A stretch of 64,000 nt of DNA from NCBI GenBank assembly GCA_019359745.1, contig JAHHGT010000006.1, positions 153,371-217,370 of the forward strand, in the 5' to 3' direction. The DNA is from Aphanothece saxicola GSE-SYN-MK-01-06B. Its GTDB lineage: Bacteria; Cyanobacteriota; Cyanobacteriia; PCC-6307; Cyanobiaceae. The translations under genes and the position numbers were made by a program. How positions within the stretch are numbered: the stretch's first letter is position 1; each line of letters begins with the position of its first letter. Shown here one piece after another: positions 48,746-56,333 of this stretch. Under the pieces are notes generated by a model. The model was not told the origin of the DNA, made no database searches, and worked only from the letters and a program-made list of their open reading frames with translations.

Positions 48746-48949
48746 ATGGACATCGGCGAAGGAGAGGAGCAGGAGCAGCTGGAGCGGTTTCTGGTCCATG
48801 CGGCAGCCTCCGAGAGGCTGCGGACCAGCCTTCGTGGGGTCGATGCTTACCAGGTGGTGGCCATCGCCGCCGAGGAGGGGTTCCGTTTTGGGGTGACCAC
48901 CCTGCACCGTGCCGTCTGCACCGGTTACGTGATGCGAAGGCCCCGCTAG
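48746..48949 (+). CDS. Nif11-domain protein
   Basis: 67 aa. EEQEQLERFLVHAAASERLRTSLRGVDAYQVVAIAAEEGFRFGVTTL matches the Nif11 N-terminal domain pattern (L..FL......L...L.......VV.IA...GF.F). An alternative ATG lies at 48722. Confidence 0.6.
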   Translation: MDIGEGEEQEQLERFLVHAAASERLRTSLRGVDAYQVVAIAAEEGFRFGVTTLHRAVCTGYVMRRPR

Positions 48950-49049
48950 CGACCACCGCAGACAAGAGGCGGAGTGGATGGATGGGGTCCTGCTGTGGCG
49001 TTGGGCCGATTGTCATCACCTGGAGCGCATGCCCCTCCGGAAGGGGACT

Positions 49050-49493
49050 TCAGGACACGAACCGGCCGTAGAGCCAGCGCACAAAACCTCCCACCAGCGG
49101 AACCGGGGCGAAGGTGGGGCCGACGAAATCGAAATAGTCCCGGTGTTCGACGATCTTTCCGTCAGCGCCGAAACGCAGGCGAGTGGTGCCGGGATACACG
49201 AATTCGAGGCCTTTGATCTTCAGGCCCATGGTCCACTCGACGAACGCCGTGTCCCCGGAGATGGCCACGGCGGCAGGCTCAAGGAACACATCGTCGCAAC
49301 GCTGCATCAGAGCCTCCTGGGCCTCGATGTAGGCGCTGAGGCCACGCCGTTCCTGGGTGGGGTCCTGAAAATGGACGTCGTCGTCGTAAACGGCCCGCCA
49401 CTGCTGAGCCGTGGGGCCGGGTTCGCCGTAGGGCTTGGTGAACAGGGCCCTGAGGGAGGCCTCACCCAGGGGTGGCTGCAGCGGGTGGGTCAT
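49050..49493 (-). CDS. NTF2/SnoaL-like fold protein
   Basis: 147 aa. VYDDDVHFQDP...GDTAFVEWTMGLKIKG...TTRLRFGADGKIVEHRDYFD is a typical SnoaL-like cone pattern. Confidence 0.65.
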   Translation of the reverse strand: MTHPLQPPLGEASLRALFTKPYGEPGPTAQQWRAVYDDDVHFQDPTQERRGLSAYIEAQEALMQRCDDVFLEPAAVAISGDTAFVEWTMGLKIKGLEFVYPGTTRLRFGADGKIVEHRDYFDFVGPTFAPVPLVGGFVRWLYGRFVS

Positions 49494-49512
49494 GGCAGTG
49501 GCCGTGATGGCT

Positions 49513-49758
49513 TCAGGCCTCGGCCGACCGCGGACGGTTCAGAACCAGGGCCGCGCCGCCGATGGCCACCAAGCCCAGGGCTCCCGCAGCGGCCAGGAAA
49601 ACCAGGGTCTGCAGGGCCAGCAGGAACAGGCCCAGGGCCGATGCCGCCTTGATCTGCACCTTGGCCTTGATCAGCAAGGTGAGAAGCAGCAGCACCGTGG
49701 CCTGCAGACCGGCGATACGGGCGGCCGTGAAAGGACAGAGGGGGGGCGGAATCAACAT
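49513..49758 (-). CDS. Small membrane protein (2-3 TM, hypothetical)
   Basis: 81 aa, packed between hli (33-nt gap) and the SnoaL-like gene (19-nt gap) on the same strand. Strongly hydrophobic. Confidence 0.4.
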   Translation of the reverse strand: MLIPPPLCPFTAARIAGLQATVLLLLTLLIKAKVQIKAASALGLFLLALQTLVFLAAAGALGLVAIGGAALVLNRPRSAEA

Positions 49759-49791
49759 CAGAACGGCGTGATCAGCATCAGGACGGGGCGA

Positions 49792-50028
49792 TCAGAAGCA
49801 GAACGGCAGGAACTGGGTGCGGCAGGCGGCGTAACCGTCGGTCAGGGCACCAAGGCCGATCTGATGGGCGATGCCGGAACCGGTGATGGCTTCGGTGAGG
49901 ACACCGATCACCAGGCCAAGCATGGCAGCGCGGCCGTTGAACAGCTCAACGCGCTTGAGTTGCTCCATGTGGATGGAACGCTCGTCGTTGCCCTGCAGGA
50001 AGGGGGCGTTGGCGGGGGGGTTGGTCAT
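49792..50028 (-). CDS. hli: High-light-inducible protein (HLIP/Scp, one-helix CAB family)
   Basis: 78 aa with the canonical helix ELFNGRAAMLGLVIGVLTE. Confidence 0.85.
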   Translation of the reverse strand: MTNPPANAPFLQGNDERSIHMEQLKRVELFNGRAAMLGLVIGVLTEAITGSGIAHQIGLGALTDGYAACRTQFLPFCF

Positions 50029-50070
50029 GGGTTCAGGAAGAAGGGGGGGAAAGCTTGAGCCGTCAGACGG

Positions 50071-50187
50071 TCAGCGGGTTCTGGGCTCAAGGTCGCTGGG
50101 GCGGCTGAGCACGAAGGAGACCATGCCGGTGAGCAGCACCACAAGGGCGACGACGACGGTGATGGCGGGGGTGTAGTCGGTTCCCAT
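50071..50187 (-). CDS. 38-aa single-TM peptide (hypothetical)
   Basis: MGTDYTPAITVVVALVVLLTGMVSFVLSRPSDLEPRTR. Its ATG lies 5 nt after the stop of the upstream hli, which suggests coupling. Confidence 0.3.
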   Translation of the reverse strand: MGTDYTPAITVVVALVVLLTGMVSFVLSRPSDLEPRTR

Positions 50188-50192
50188 GGCGA

Positions 50193-50336
50193 TCAACCCA
50201 GACCGATCTGGGAGAGGATGCCCTGGCCGGTGAGCAGCTCGGTGCCGAGGCCGATCACGAAGCCGAGCATGGCAAGGCGACCATTCCAGGTTTCGGCGAA
50301 GGCGACGAAGCCGAAGCGGGAAGCGGTGTTGGTCAT
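50193..50336 (-). CDS. hli: High-light-inducible protein (47 aa; below the ORF-track length cutoff)
   Basis: Hand translation gives MTNTASRFGFVAFAETWNGRLAMLGFVIGLGTELLTGQGILSQIGLG*, with the ExxNGRxAMxGF HLIP signature. Confidence 0.8.
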   Translation of the reverse strand: MTNTASRFGFVAFAETWNGRLAMLGFVIGLGTELLTGQGILSQIGLG

Positions 50337-50359
50337 GTGTGTGACGGTTTGTTTCAAGA

Positions 50360-50377
50360 ACTGTAACAGAGTGTAAA
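50360..50377 (-). promoter_or_regulatory. HLR1-like (RpaB-type) direct repeat upstream of the hli operon
   Basis: The minus strand reads TTTACACT-CT-GTTACAGT. It has two exact TTACA cores with the 2-nt spacer of the HLR1 consensus (G/T)TTACA(T/A)(T/A)NN(G/T)TTACA(T/A)(T/A). It lies 23 nt upstream of the hli ATG. Confidence 0.45.
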
Positions 50378-50380
50378 GCG

Positions 50381-50557
50381 ATGGCGTCCGCGGCCCTGCT
50401 CCGCCTGTCGGAGCTCGTGAGGCAAGCCCAGAAACAGCCGCAGCAGCTCACCTCCCATGGTGAAGTGGTGGCTTTCATCCGTCGCTCGCCGCTGGTGGAG
50501 GCCGAAGCTCTGGTTCTGGAGCGGTGCCCGGGTCTGCCGAGAGATGGGGACCCCTGA
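50381..50557 (+). CDS. Phd/YefM-like antitoxin (58 aa; below ORF-track cutoff)
   Basis: MASAALLRLSELVRQAQKQPQQLTSHGEVVAFIRRSP... fits the antitoxin N-terminal pattern (ls.ll..v....p..it.hG.pvAvi). It lies directly upstream of a PIN-like remnant. Confidence 0.45.
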   Translation: MASAALLRLSELVRQAQKQPQQLTSHGEVVAFIRRSPLVEAEALVLERCPGLPRDGDP

Positions 50558-50890
50558 GGCCTGGCTGCTGGCTATCTGATCCCTACCAACGTGATCTCCG
50601 AGCTGCGCCGCACCGACCCGGAGACCCGGGCGTTGCAGTGGTTTGAGCAGCGCCCATCGCGGCAGCTGCTCCTGAGCGTGCTGACGCTGGGCGTGCTGAC
50701 CCTGGGCGAGATCGGCCGGGGTATGGAGTGGCTGTCAGATGGTGAGCGGCAGCGGGCCCCTGTCGCTCAGCTCATCCAACTGGCGCTGTCACTCAGTCAG
50801 TCGTTGCTGGCAGAGCCAACGGTGCTCCTGCTGATCGCCCTGGCCAAGACCGCCGCCATCCCCTTCATGAAGACCCGTTGCCGCCAATGA
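50544..50890 (+). pseudogene. Decayed VapC/PIN-domain toxin gene
   Basis: YLIPTNVISELRR...LLLSVLTLG...GEIGRG...GERQR... resembles the VapC/FitB N-terminus (LLDTNVISEL). The first catalytic Asp is Pro, and the likely ATG (50544) is in another frame. A 15-nt tandem duplication lies at 50678-50707, and about 40 aa of the middle are missing. Confidence 0.45.
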
Positions 50891-51275
50891 AGACAGGTGT
50901 CGATCACCCAGAAGGTGTTGCCCGCATCGGTGGGCTGAACGATGGTGACGGCATCGGGACTCGGAGGCTTCAGTGATGGAAGACACCCCCCCGGAGCAGA
51001 CACCAGGAGCGCGCTGACGATCCGGCCCCTGCTCCAACACTCTCAACGGATCTCTGACGTTCCAGGCGTGTCACGGCTGTTCTTGCAACGCCACGCCATC
51101 CACTGCACCGCTCACTCCAACGCTGACAGGTGCCCCGGACCCAACGGAACGTCCCACTTGACACCTGGCCCCAGGTGCCAGCGCCAGCGGCTCCGACCCA
51201 CAACCAACCACACCTGAAGCCCGGGGCCAACGCTCCGGGCTTTGTTCTGGGCGGGAGGCGGCGGCGGCTCAGGCA

Positions 51276-52448
51276 CTAGGGGGCTGGTGGCCCCGGGGCC
51301 CCAAGCATCTCTGCCAGGCCAGCAAGACGCTCCTCCGCTGCCTCGGGCCCCAGGCTCCACAGGCTCTCGAAGTAGAAGAACGCCACTCCCAGGCCCTGGG
51401 CCCGGTTGGCGGCCAGCTTCTGGGCCATCAGCGCCAGCGGGGTGGGTCGGTTGCGCTGGCCGCTCATCACGGCGATGGCGGTGGGGATGCGCTGGCGGGC
51501 CTCCTGCACCTCCGGGCGGCTGAGATGGGGCAGGTAGCTGTCCAGATCGGGCCTGTAGATCTGCACCAGCAGTTCATCGGCGATGCCGCGCCGCACCCAC
51601 TCGCGCCAGTCCTGCAGCTGCAGCTTGTAGGCGAAGTCGTAGTAGTTGGGCGAAATCGAGACCAGGGCACCGGGACGGGCGGCGCGTACCGCCTGGGCCA
51701 GGCGCTGCAGGAAGACAGTGATGCGGTCGGCGCGCCATTTCACCCAGGCGGGGTCCTCGGGGTTGGCCGGGGGAGCCTTGCCGGTGTCCTTGCGGTAGAG
51801 CGCCGTGGTGAAGGGGTCGTAGCCGAACTCCCGCGGCAGGCTCATGTGGTCGTCGAACTGGATACCATCGGCGCCGTAGTTGCTCACCACTTCGAGCACC
51901 AGGTCGGTGATCAGCTGCTGGACCTCCGGCCGGAAGGGATTGAGCCACACCACCGTGCCGGCGGCGCTGATCGACGTGAGTCCACCATCGCGCTTCTGGG
52001 TGAGCCAGCTGCGGTGCCGACGCGCCAGCGGCGAATCGGGTGGCGCCATGAAGCCGAACTCAAACCAGGGGATCACCTTCAGCCCCCGGTTGCGGCCGGC
52101 GCTGATCAGTTCGCCCAGGATGTCCTGCCCTTGCAGGCCCTTGAAGGTGAAGTCCTGCAGCTGGCGCTCCTCACTGACGCGGCTGGGGTAATAGGCAACG
52201 TCGCCGCTCCACACCACCGGGTACAGCCGGTTGAAGCCCAGCTCCGCCAGCTGGTTCACGGCGGCCTGCATCCGGCCGCGGTCGCGCAGCACGGGCATGT
52301 CGTTGGCGGTGAGCCACACCCCCCGCAACTCCTCGGGTTGGGCCTGCGCTGCAGGCGTCAGCGGCGTCAGGCTCCCCAGCAGCCCAGCCAGCAGGCCAGC
52401 GCAAAGGGCCAGCGCAATCCAGCGCAAATAGCCATGGCGTGGCGTCAC
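51276..52448 (-). CDS. Secreted glycoside-hydrolase-like protein (GHL10/DUF187), paralog of 10372..11625
   Basis: 390 aa with a signal peptide (WIALALCAGLLAGLLGSLTPLTPAAQA). GVWLT...GFNRLYPVVW...VIPWFEFG...DGIQFDDHM align along the whole length with the first copy. Confidence 0.7.
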   Translation of the reverse strand: MTPRHGYLRWIALALCAGLLAGLLGSLTPLTPAAQAQPEELRGVWLTANDMPVLRDRGRMQAAVNQLAELGFNRLYPVVWSGDVAYYPSRVSEERQLQDFTFKGLQGQDILGELISAGRNRGLKVIPWFEFGFMAPPDSPLARRHRSWLTQKRDGGLTSISAAGTVVWLNPFRPEVQQLITDLVLEVVSNYGADGIQFDDHMSLPREFGYDPFTTALYRKDTGKAPPANPEDPAWVKWRADRITVFLQRLAQAVRAARPGALVSISPNYYDFAYKLQLQDWREWVRRGIADELLVQIYRPDLDSYLPHLSRPEVQEARQRIPTAIAVMSGQRNRPTPLALMAQKLAANRAQGLGVAFFYFESLWSLGPEAAEERLAGLAEMLGAPGPPAP

Positions 52449-52567
52449 GGGATCGGCGCTGCTGATCTCTCCACCATGGGGCCGATTCCCACCGACAGCG
52501 GCCAGCGGCTGCCGGGGGAACGGGTGGCGCCACAGGCCCGTTAGGGTCCGCCCCAGACATTCCGACG

Positions 52568-53590
52568 GTGATGGGCCTGCTGGTGGACGGGGTCTGGAAG
52601 GACCAGTGGTACGACACCGGCAAAAGCGCCGGTCGCTTCGAGCGATCTACATCCGCCTTCCGCCACTGGATCACCCCGGACGGGTCGGCCGGCCCGAGCG
52701 GCGAGGCTGGATTTCCTGCCGAAGCAGGCCGTTACCACCTCTATGTGTCGCTGGCCTGCCCCTGGGCCCATCGCACCTTGATCGTGCGCGCCCTGAAGGG
52801 GCTGGGTGATCTGATCCCGCTCTCCGTCGTGCACTGGTTCATGGGCGACCAGGGCTGGACCTTCCAGGCGGCGGAGGGGGTGGTGGCGGATCCCAACGAA
52901 GGCGCAGAGGCGCTGCACCAGCTCTATACGGTGGCCGATCCCCATTACAGCGGCCGGGTGACCGTGCCGGTGCTGTGGGACAGGCAACGGCGCACGATCG
53001 TGAGCAACGAATCCTCAGAGATTCTGCGCATGTTCAACAGCGCCTTTGATCATCTGGGCGCCATGGACGGTGACCTCTATCCCGCGGCGCTGCGCGAGGA
53101 GATCGACCGCCTCAATGAACGGATCTACCGCACGGTGAACAACGGGGTCTATCGCTGTGGTTTCGCCACCACCCAGGCGGCCTACGAAGAGGCGCTGGAT
53201 CCACTCTTCCGCACCCTGGCGGACCTCGACGCGCAGCTGGCCACCCGGCGCTATCTGCTGGGCTCTGCGATCACCGAGGCCGACTGGCGCCTGTTCACCA
53301 CGCTGGTGCGATTCGATCCCGTTTATGTGGGGCACTTCAAGTGCAACCTCCGGCGGCTGGTCGATTTCCCACACCTGTTTGCCTACACCCGCGATCTCTA
53401 CCAGGTGCCAGGGGTGGCGGCCACCGTGAACATGGACCACATCAAACGGCACTATTACCGGAGCCACACCATGATCAACCCCACGGGCGTGGTGCCGGTG
53501 GGTCCGGAGATCGACTTTCTCCTTCCCCATGGCCGGGAGCTTGCGGGAGCGGGGCTGGATCCTGCGGATCGGTCGCGTCGAAGCAGCTGA
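52568..53590 (+). CDS. yqjG: Glutathionyl-hydroquinone reductase (Xi-class GST, YqjG/ECM4 type)
   Basis: 340 aa. GRYHLYVSLACPWAHRTLI (CPWA active site), GRVTVPVLWD and LVRFDPVYVGHFKC are near-identical in pattern to E. coli YqjG. The start is GTG 52568 or ATG 52571. Confidence 0.85.
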   Translation: MMGLLVDGVWKDQWYDTGKSAGRFERSTSAFRHWITPDGSAGPSGEAGFPAEAGRYHLYVSLACPWAHRTLIVRALKGLGDLIPLSVVHWFMGDQGWTFQAAEGVVADPNEGAEALHQLYTVADPHYSGRVTVPVLWDRQRRTIVSNESSEILRMFNSAFDHLGAMDGDLYPAALREEIDRLNERIYRTVNNGVYRCGFATTQAAYEEALDPLFRTLADLDAQLATRRYLLGSAITEADWRLFTTLVRFDPVYVGHFKCNLRRLVDFPHLFAYTRDLYQVPGVAATVNMDHIKRHYYRSHTMINPTGVVPVGPEIDFLLPHGRELAGAGLDPADRSRRSS

Positions 53591-54381
53591 AATCGAGGCA
53601 GACGCTGTCCGGACCGTCGATCTGCACCATGTCGCGGAACTGCTCCCCCAGCCGCAGATCGGCCGCCCCGTAGCTGGAGCGGAAGTGCACCGGTGCCAGC
53701 AGGATCTCGTCGAGTCCCTGGAAGGCCACCACGATTCACGAGGCGCCGCATCCGGCGGCCGCCGCTCAGCTCGTTCATGGCCAGGGAGGCCCGGATCCGA
53801 CCATCCACCAGGCTGTTCTGGCGGACGTTGGCCACCCGGAAGGTGAGGGTGGGGTGCCCCTGCCAGGGTTCGATCGTGGCGACGCGGCTGAAGCGCAGGC
53901 GGGCCCGGCTGCGGGAGAAGCGGGCAAAGGCCAGTCCGGTGGTGACGGCGATGAACAGCAGCCCGAAGAAGGCCTCCACCGTGACCACCAGATTCACCCA
54001 GAGGCTGCTGGGATGGAGCACCCCGTAACCGATCGAGCCGAGGGTCTGGACACTGAAGAAAAAGGCATCCAGCACGGTGAGGCGCTGCCCATCGGGGGCC
54101 CCGCCGATGCCATCGAGGTCGAGGGCGTAGAGCAGCGTGAAGGCGAGATTGAGCAGCAGGTAGCTGGCAGCGATGCTGAGCAGAAAGCCCGGCCAGGGAA
54201 TGGCCAGCATGAAGCGATAGGGCTCGCGCCAGTGGCGGTGCCAGCCCTGCCGCTCCTCCACATGGAGCATCCCTCCCCGCTGGCTCAGCCGTACCGACCG
54301 GATCGGCTGGCGACGTTCCTCCTGTTGCGCCATCCCCAAGCCAGTGGTGCCGGAGGCCATCGTGACATCGAAAGCCGCCAA
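53475..54381 (-). pseudogene. KirBac-type inward-rectifier K+ channel, disrupted by internal deletion/frameshift
   Basis: The N-terminal ~190 aa are intact (slide helix, M1, pore FFFSVQTLGSIGYG, M2). After ...RASLAMNELSGGRRMRRL the frame degenerates. The C-terminal beta-domain resumes in another frame right after a TGA (IVVAFQGLDEILLAPVHFRSSYGAADLRLGEQFRDMVQIDG...). Confidence 0.65.
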
Positions 54382-54483
54382 AGAAGGCCACCATCAACAC
54401 CAATAAGAAATGTATGACCCAGCAAGAGTGCATTGAAGTGTCGCTGAGACTACAAACCAGTTGATGATCTCAGCGGGACAAGA

Positions 54484-55623
54484 GTGACTGACTCTGAACG
54501 TGGCAGGACATTCAACAATATCGTCTCGGGCATCGCAGCCATCGCCGGGACCATCGGGCTTGTTGTCGCCACCATCACGTCCAACGAGGTCAATAAGCTG
54601 TCCCAACAATCTCGCACCGCGGGGCTGGTTGGCGATCTCACCGATAAACTCACTTCCAAGCAACTTGGCAGAGACATCTCCCTGCTGGCGATTGAGCACA
54701 TGCTCAACACCGAGCCAGGCAAAGAAAAGGCCCCGAGGGATAAGTTGCTACTGGCGAGAATCTCGATTCTTCTGATTGAAGGGTCATCCGGTGAAGAGTC
54801 GATCAATGCCCAGAACAACAATTCCCGCCAGGTCTCTGCCACCCAGACCCAGTTCAACCATGGCGTTGACCAGGCTGCCAGGGTGCTGAATCGGCTGGTT
54901 CAGAGTTCTGGCGAGAGTTGCAACAGCTACTACAAACAGCAGGTCTTCAATCTGAATCTGAAGCTTGGTGGCAAGAGCCTGACTCCCGCCGCTGCCATCG
55001 AAGCCGATTGCGGCGAAGCCGGGGCCCTGGCGATTGAAGCGCTTCGCAAACAGGTGGAGGGCACAGATAGCAATGGTGAACAGGCAACCAGCGTCTCCCA
55101 GCTTGCCCAGGACGCCATCACCGATCCCAAGAGGGTGGCCAGCTCCCTGGCCCAGGCCAGGGTGGTCAACCAACTCAATGCGGTCAGGCTCGAAGCGGCC
55201 CATGCCGAAAGTCCCTACACCGAATCAAGCCTGGCCATTGTCACCGTTCATCTGGATGATCCAGCCCTAGCCGAACAACTGGAGCCTCTGCTGCGCCAAC
55301 TCTCCGCAAAGAGGTGGTACATCGTCTCGGGAGTTCGGCTCGTGGAACCCTCAGCAAGGAGTTGCGGTCAGTACAACTCAGTTCGCTTCTTCCACAAGGG
55401 CGACATCGACCTGGCCAAGAAACTGATCGCCCAGATCGACACGCTCAAGCCACCAGCCACACCTGTCAGCGCCCTCGTTGAAGGATCAGGCAATACAAAG
55501 CCGGGAATCCTTCCCATCGACTTGAGCACATGGAAGTATGCACGCTCCGTGCCCCAAGGCACCGTGGAACTGTGGTTGGCGTCGAAAGGGAGCAGCTGCC
55601 AATCCGCCATGAGCAGCACGTGA
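54484..55623 (+). CDS. Orphan membrane-anchored protein, low G+C (hypothetical)
   Basis: 379 aa, GTG start, one N-terminal TM (IVSGIAAIAGTIGLVVATI). It is Ser/Gln/Asn/Lys-rich, unlike the host proteome. The local G+C is about 48-52%. No family recognised. Confidence 0.55.
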   Translation: MTDSERGRTFNNIVSGIAAIAGTIGLVVATITSNEVNKLSQQSRTAGLVGDLTDKLTSKQLGRDISLLAIEHMLNTEPGKEKAPRDKLLLARISILLIEGSSGEESINAQNNNSRQVSATQTQFNHGVDQAARVLNRLVQSSGESCNSYYKQQVFNLNLKLGGKSLTPAAAIEADCGEAGALAIEALRKQVEGTDSNGEQATSVSQLAQDAITDPKRVASSLAQARVVNQLNAVRLEAAHAESPYTESSLAIVTVHLDDPALAEQLEPLLRQLSAKRWYIVSGVRLVEPSARSCGQYNSVRFFHKGDIDLAKKLIAQIDTLKPPATPVSALVEGSGNTKPGILPIDLSTWKYARSVPQGTVELWLASKGSSCQSAMSST

Positions 55624-55661
55624 CTGGAGAGCCTGCGGATCGGCGCGGGTCAACGTGAGAG

Positions 55662-56333
55662 GTGCCCAGCCGTCCCGCCGCCATCGACCGCTCCCTGCTC
55701 CTGAGCGCTAAGGACCTTGAGAGGCGATTGGGGGACCGGCTGCTCTGGAGCCAGCTGGATCTCGAGCTGGCCGCCGGTGATCGCCTGGGGCTGGTGGCGC
55801 CCTCGGGGGCGGGGAAAACCCTCTTGCTGCGGACCCTGGCCCTGCTCGATCCCCCGCAGGCAGGACGCTTCAACCTGCTGGGACGCCCTCCGGCGGCCTG
55901 GGGCCTGCCCCGTTGGCGCGCGATGGTGTCGTATCTGGCGCAGCGGCCCGTCGCCGCTGGCGGAACCGTGGAGTCAAACCTTCGCGCGCCGTGGCGGTTT
56001 CGGGAGCATCGCGGGCCAGTGGGCTGGAGCCACGAGCGCATCACCAGCTGGCTGGCGGCGCTGGGGCGCGACCCTTCGTTCCTGCGCTACGACGCCGAAC
56101 GGTTGTCCGGCGGTGAGCTGCAGCTGCTGGCTTTGCTGCGGGTCCTGCAGTTCGATCCAACGGTGCTGCTGCTGGATGAACCCACCGCCTCCCTCGACGG
56201 GGCCACCACCGCCGCCGTCGAGGCCCTGCTGATCGGCTGGCTCGCCGGCGGCCCGCGCGCCGCCGTGCTCATCAGCCATGACGGCGAGCAGATCGAGCGC
56301 TTGGCCACCCGCACCCTGGAGCTGCAGCGATGA
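55662..56333 (+). CDS. fetA: ABC transporter ATP-binding protein (FetA/YbbL-like)
   Basis: 223 aa with Walker A APSGAGKT, signature LSGGELQ and Walker B LLLDEPTASLD. It is coupled (ATGA) to a UPF0014 permease. GTG start. Confidence 0.75.
   Translation: MPSRPAAIDRSLLLSAKDLERRLGDRLLWSQLDLELAAGDRLGLVAPSGAGKTLLLRTLALLDPPQAGRFNLLGRPPAAWGLPRWRAMVSYLAQRPVAAGGTVESNLRAPWRFREHRGPVGWSHERITSWLAALGRDPSFLRYDAERLSGGELQLLALLRVLQFDPTVLLLDEPTASLDGATTAAVEALLIGWLAGGPRAAVLISHDGEQIERLATRTLELQR

Noticed and set aside
48746-48949. Nif11 peptide as a prochlorosin/lanthipeptide precursor
   Set aside because: There is no double-glycine cleavage site and no Cys/Ser/Thr-rich core of adequate length. No LanM, protease or ABC exporter gene lies in the window.
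51215-51245. Hairpin agcccgg-N10-ccgggct near the end of the second DUF187 gene as a terminator
   Set aside because: The T-rich tail is on the + strand, where no upstream gene ends nearby. On the minus strand, the gene's strand, no U-run follows. It is too ambiguous to call.
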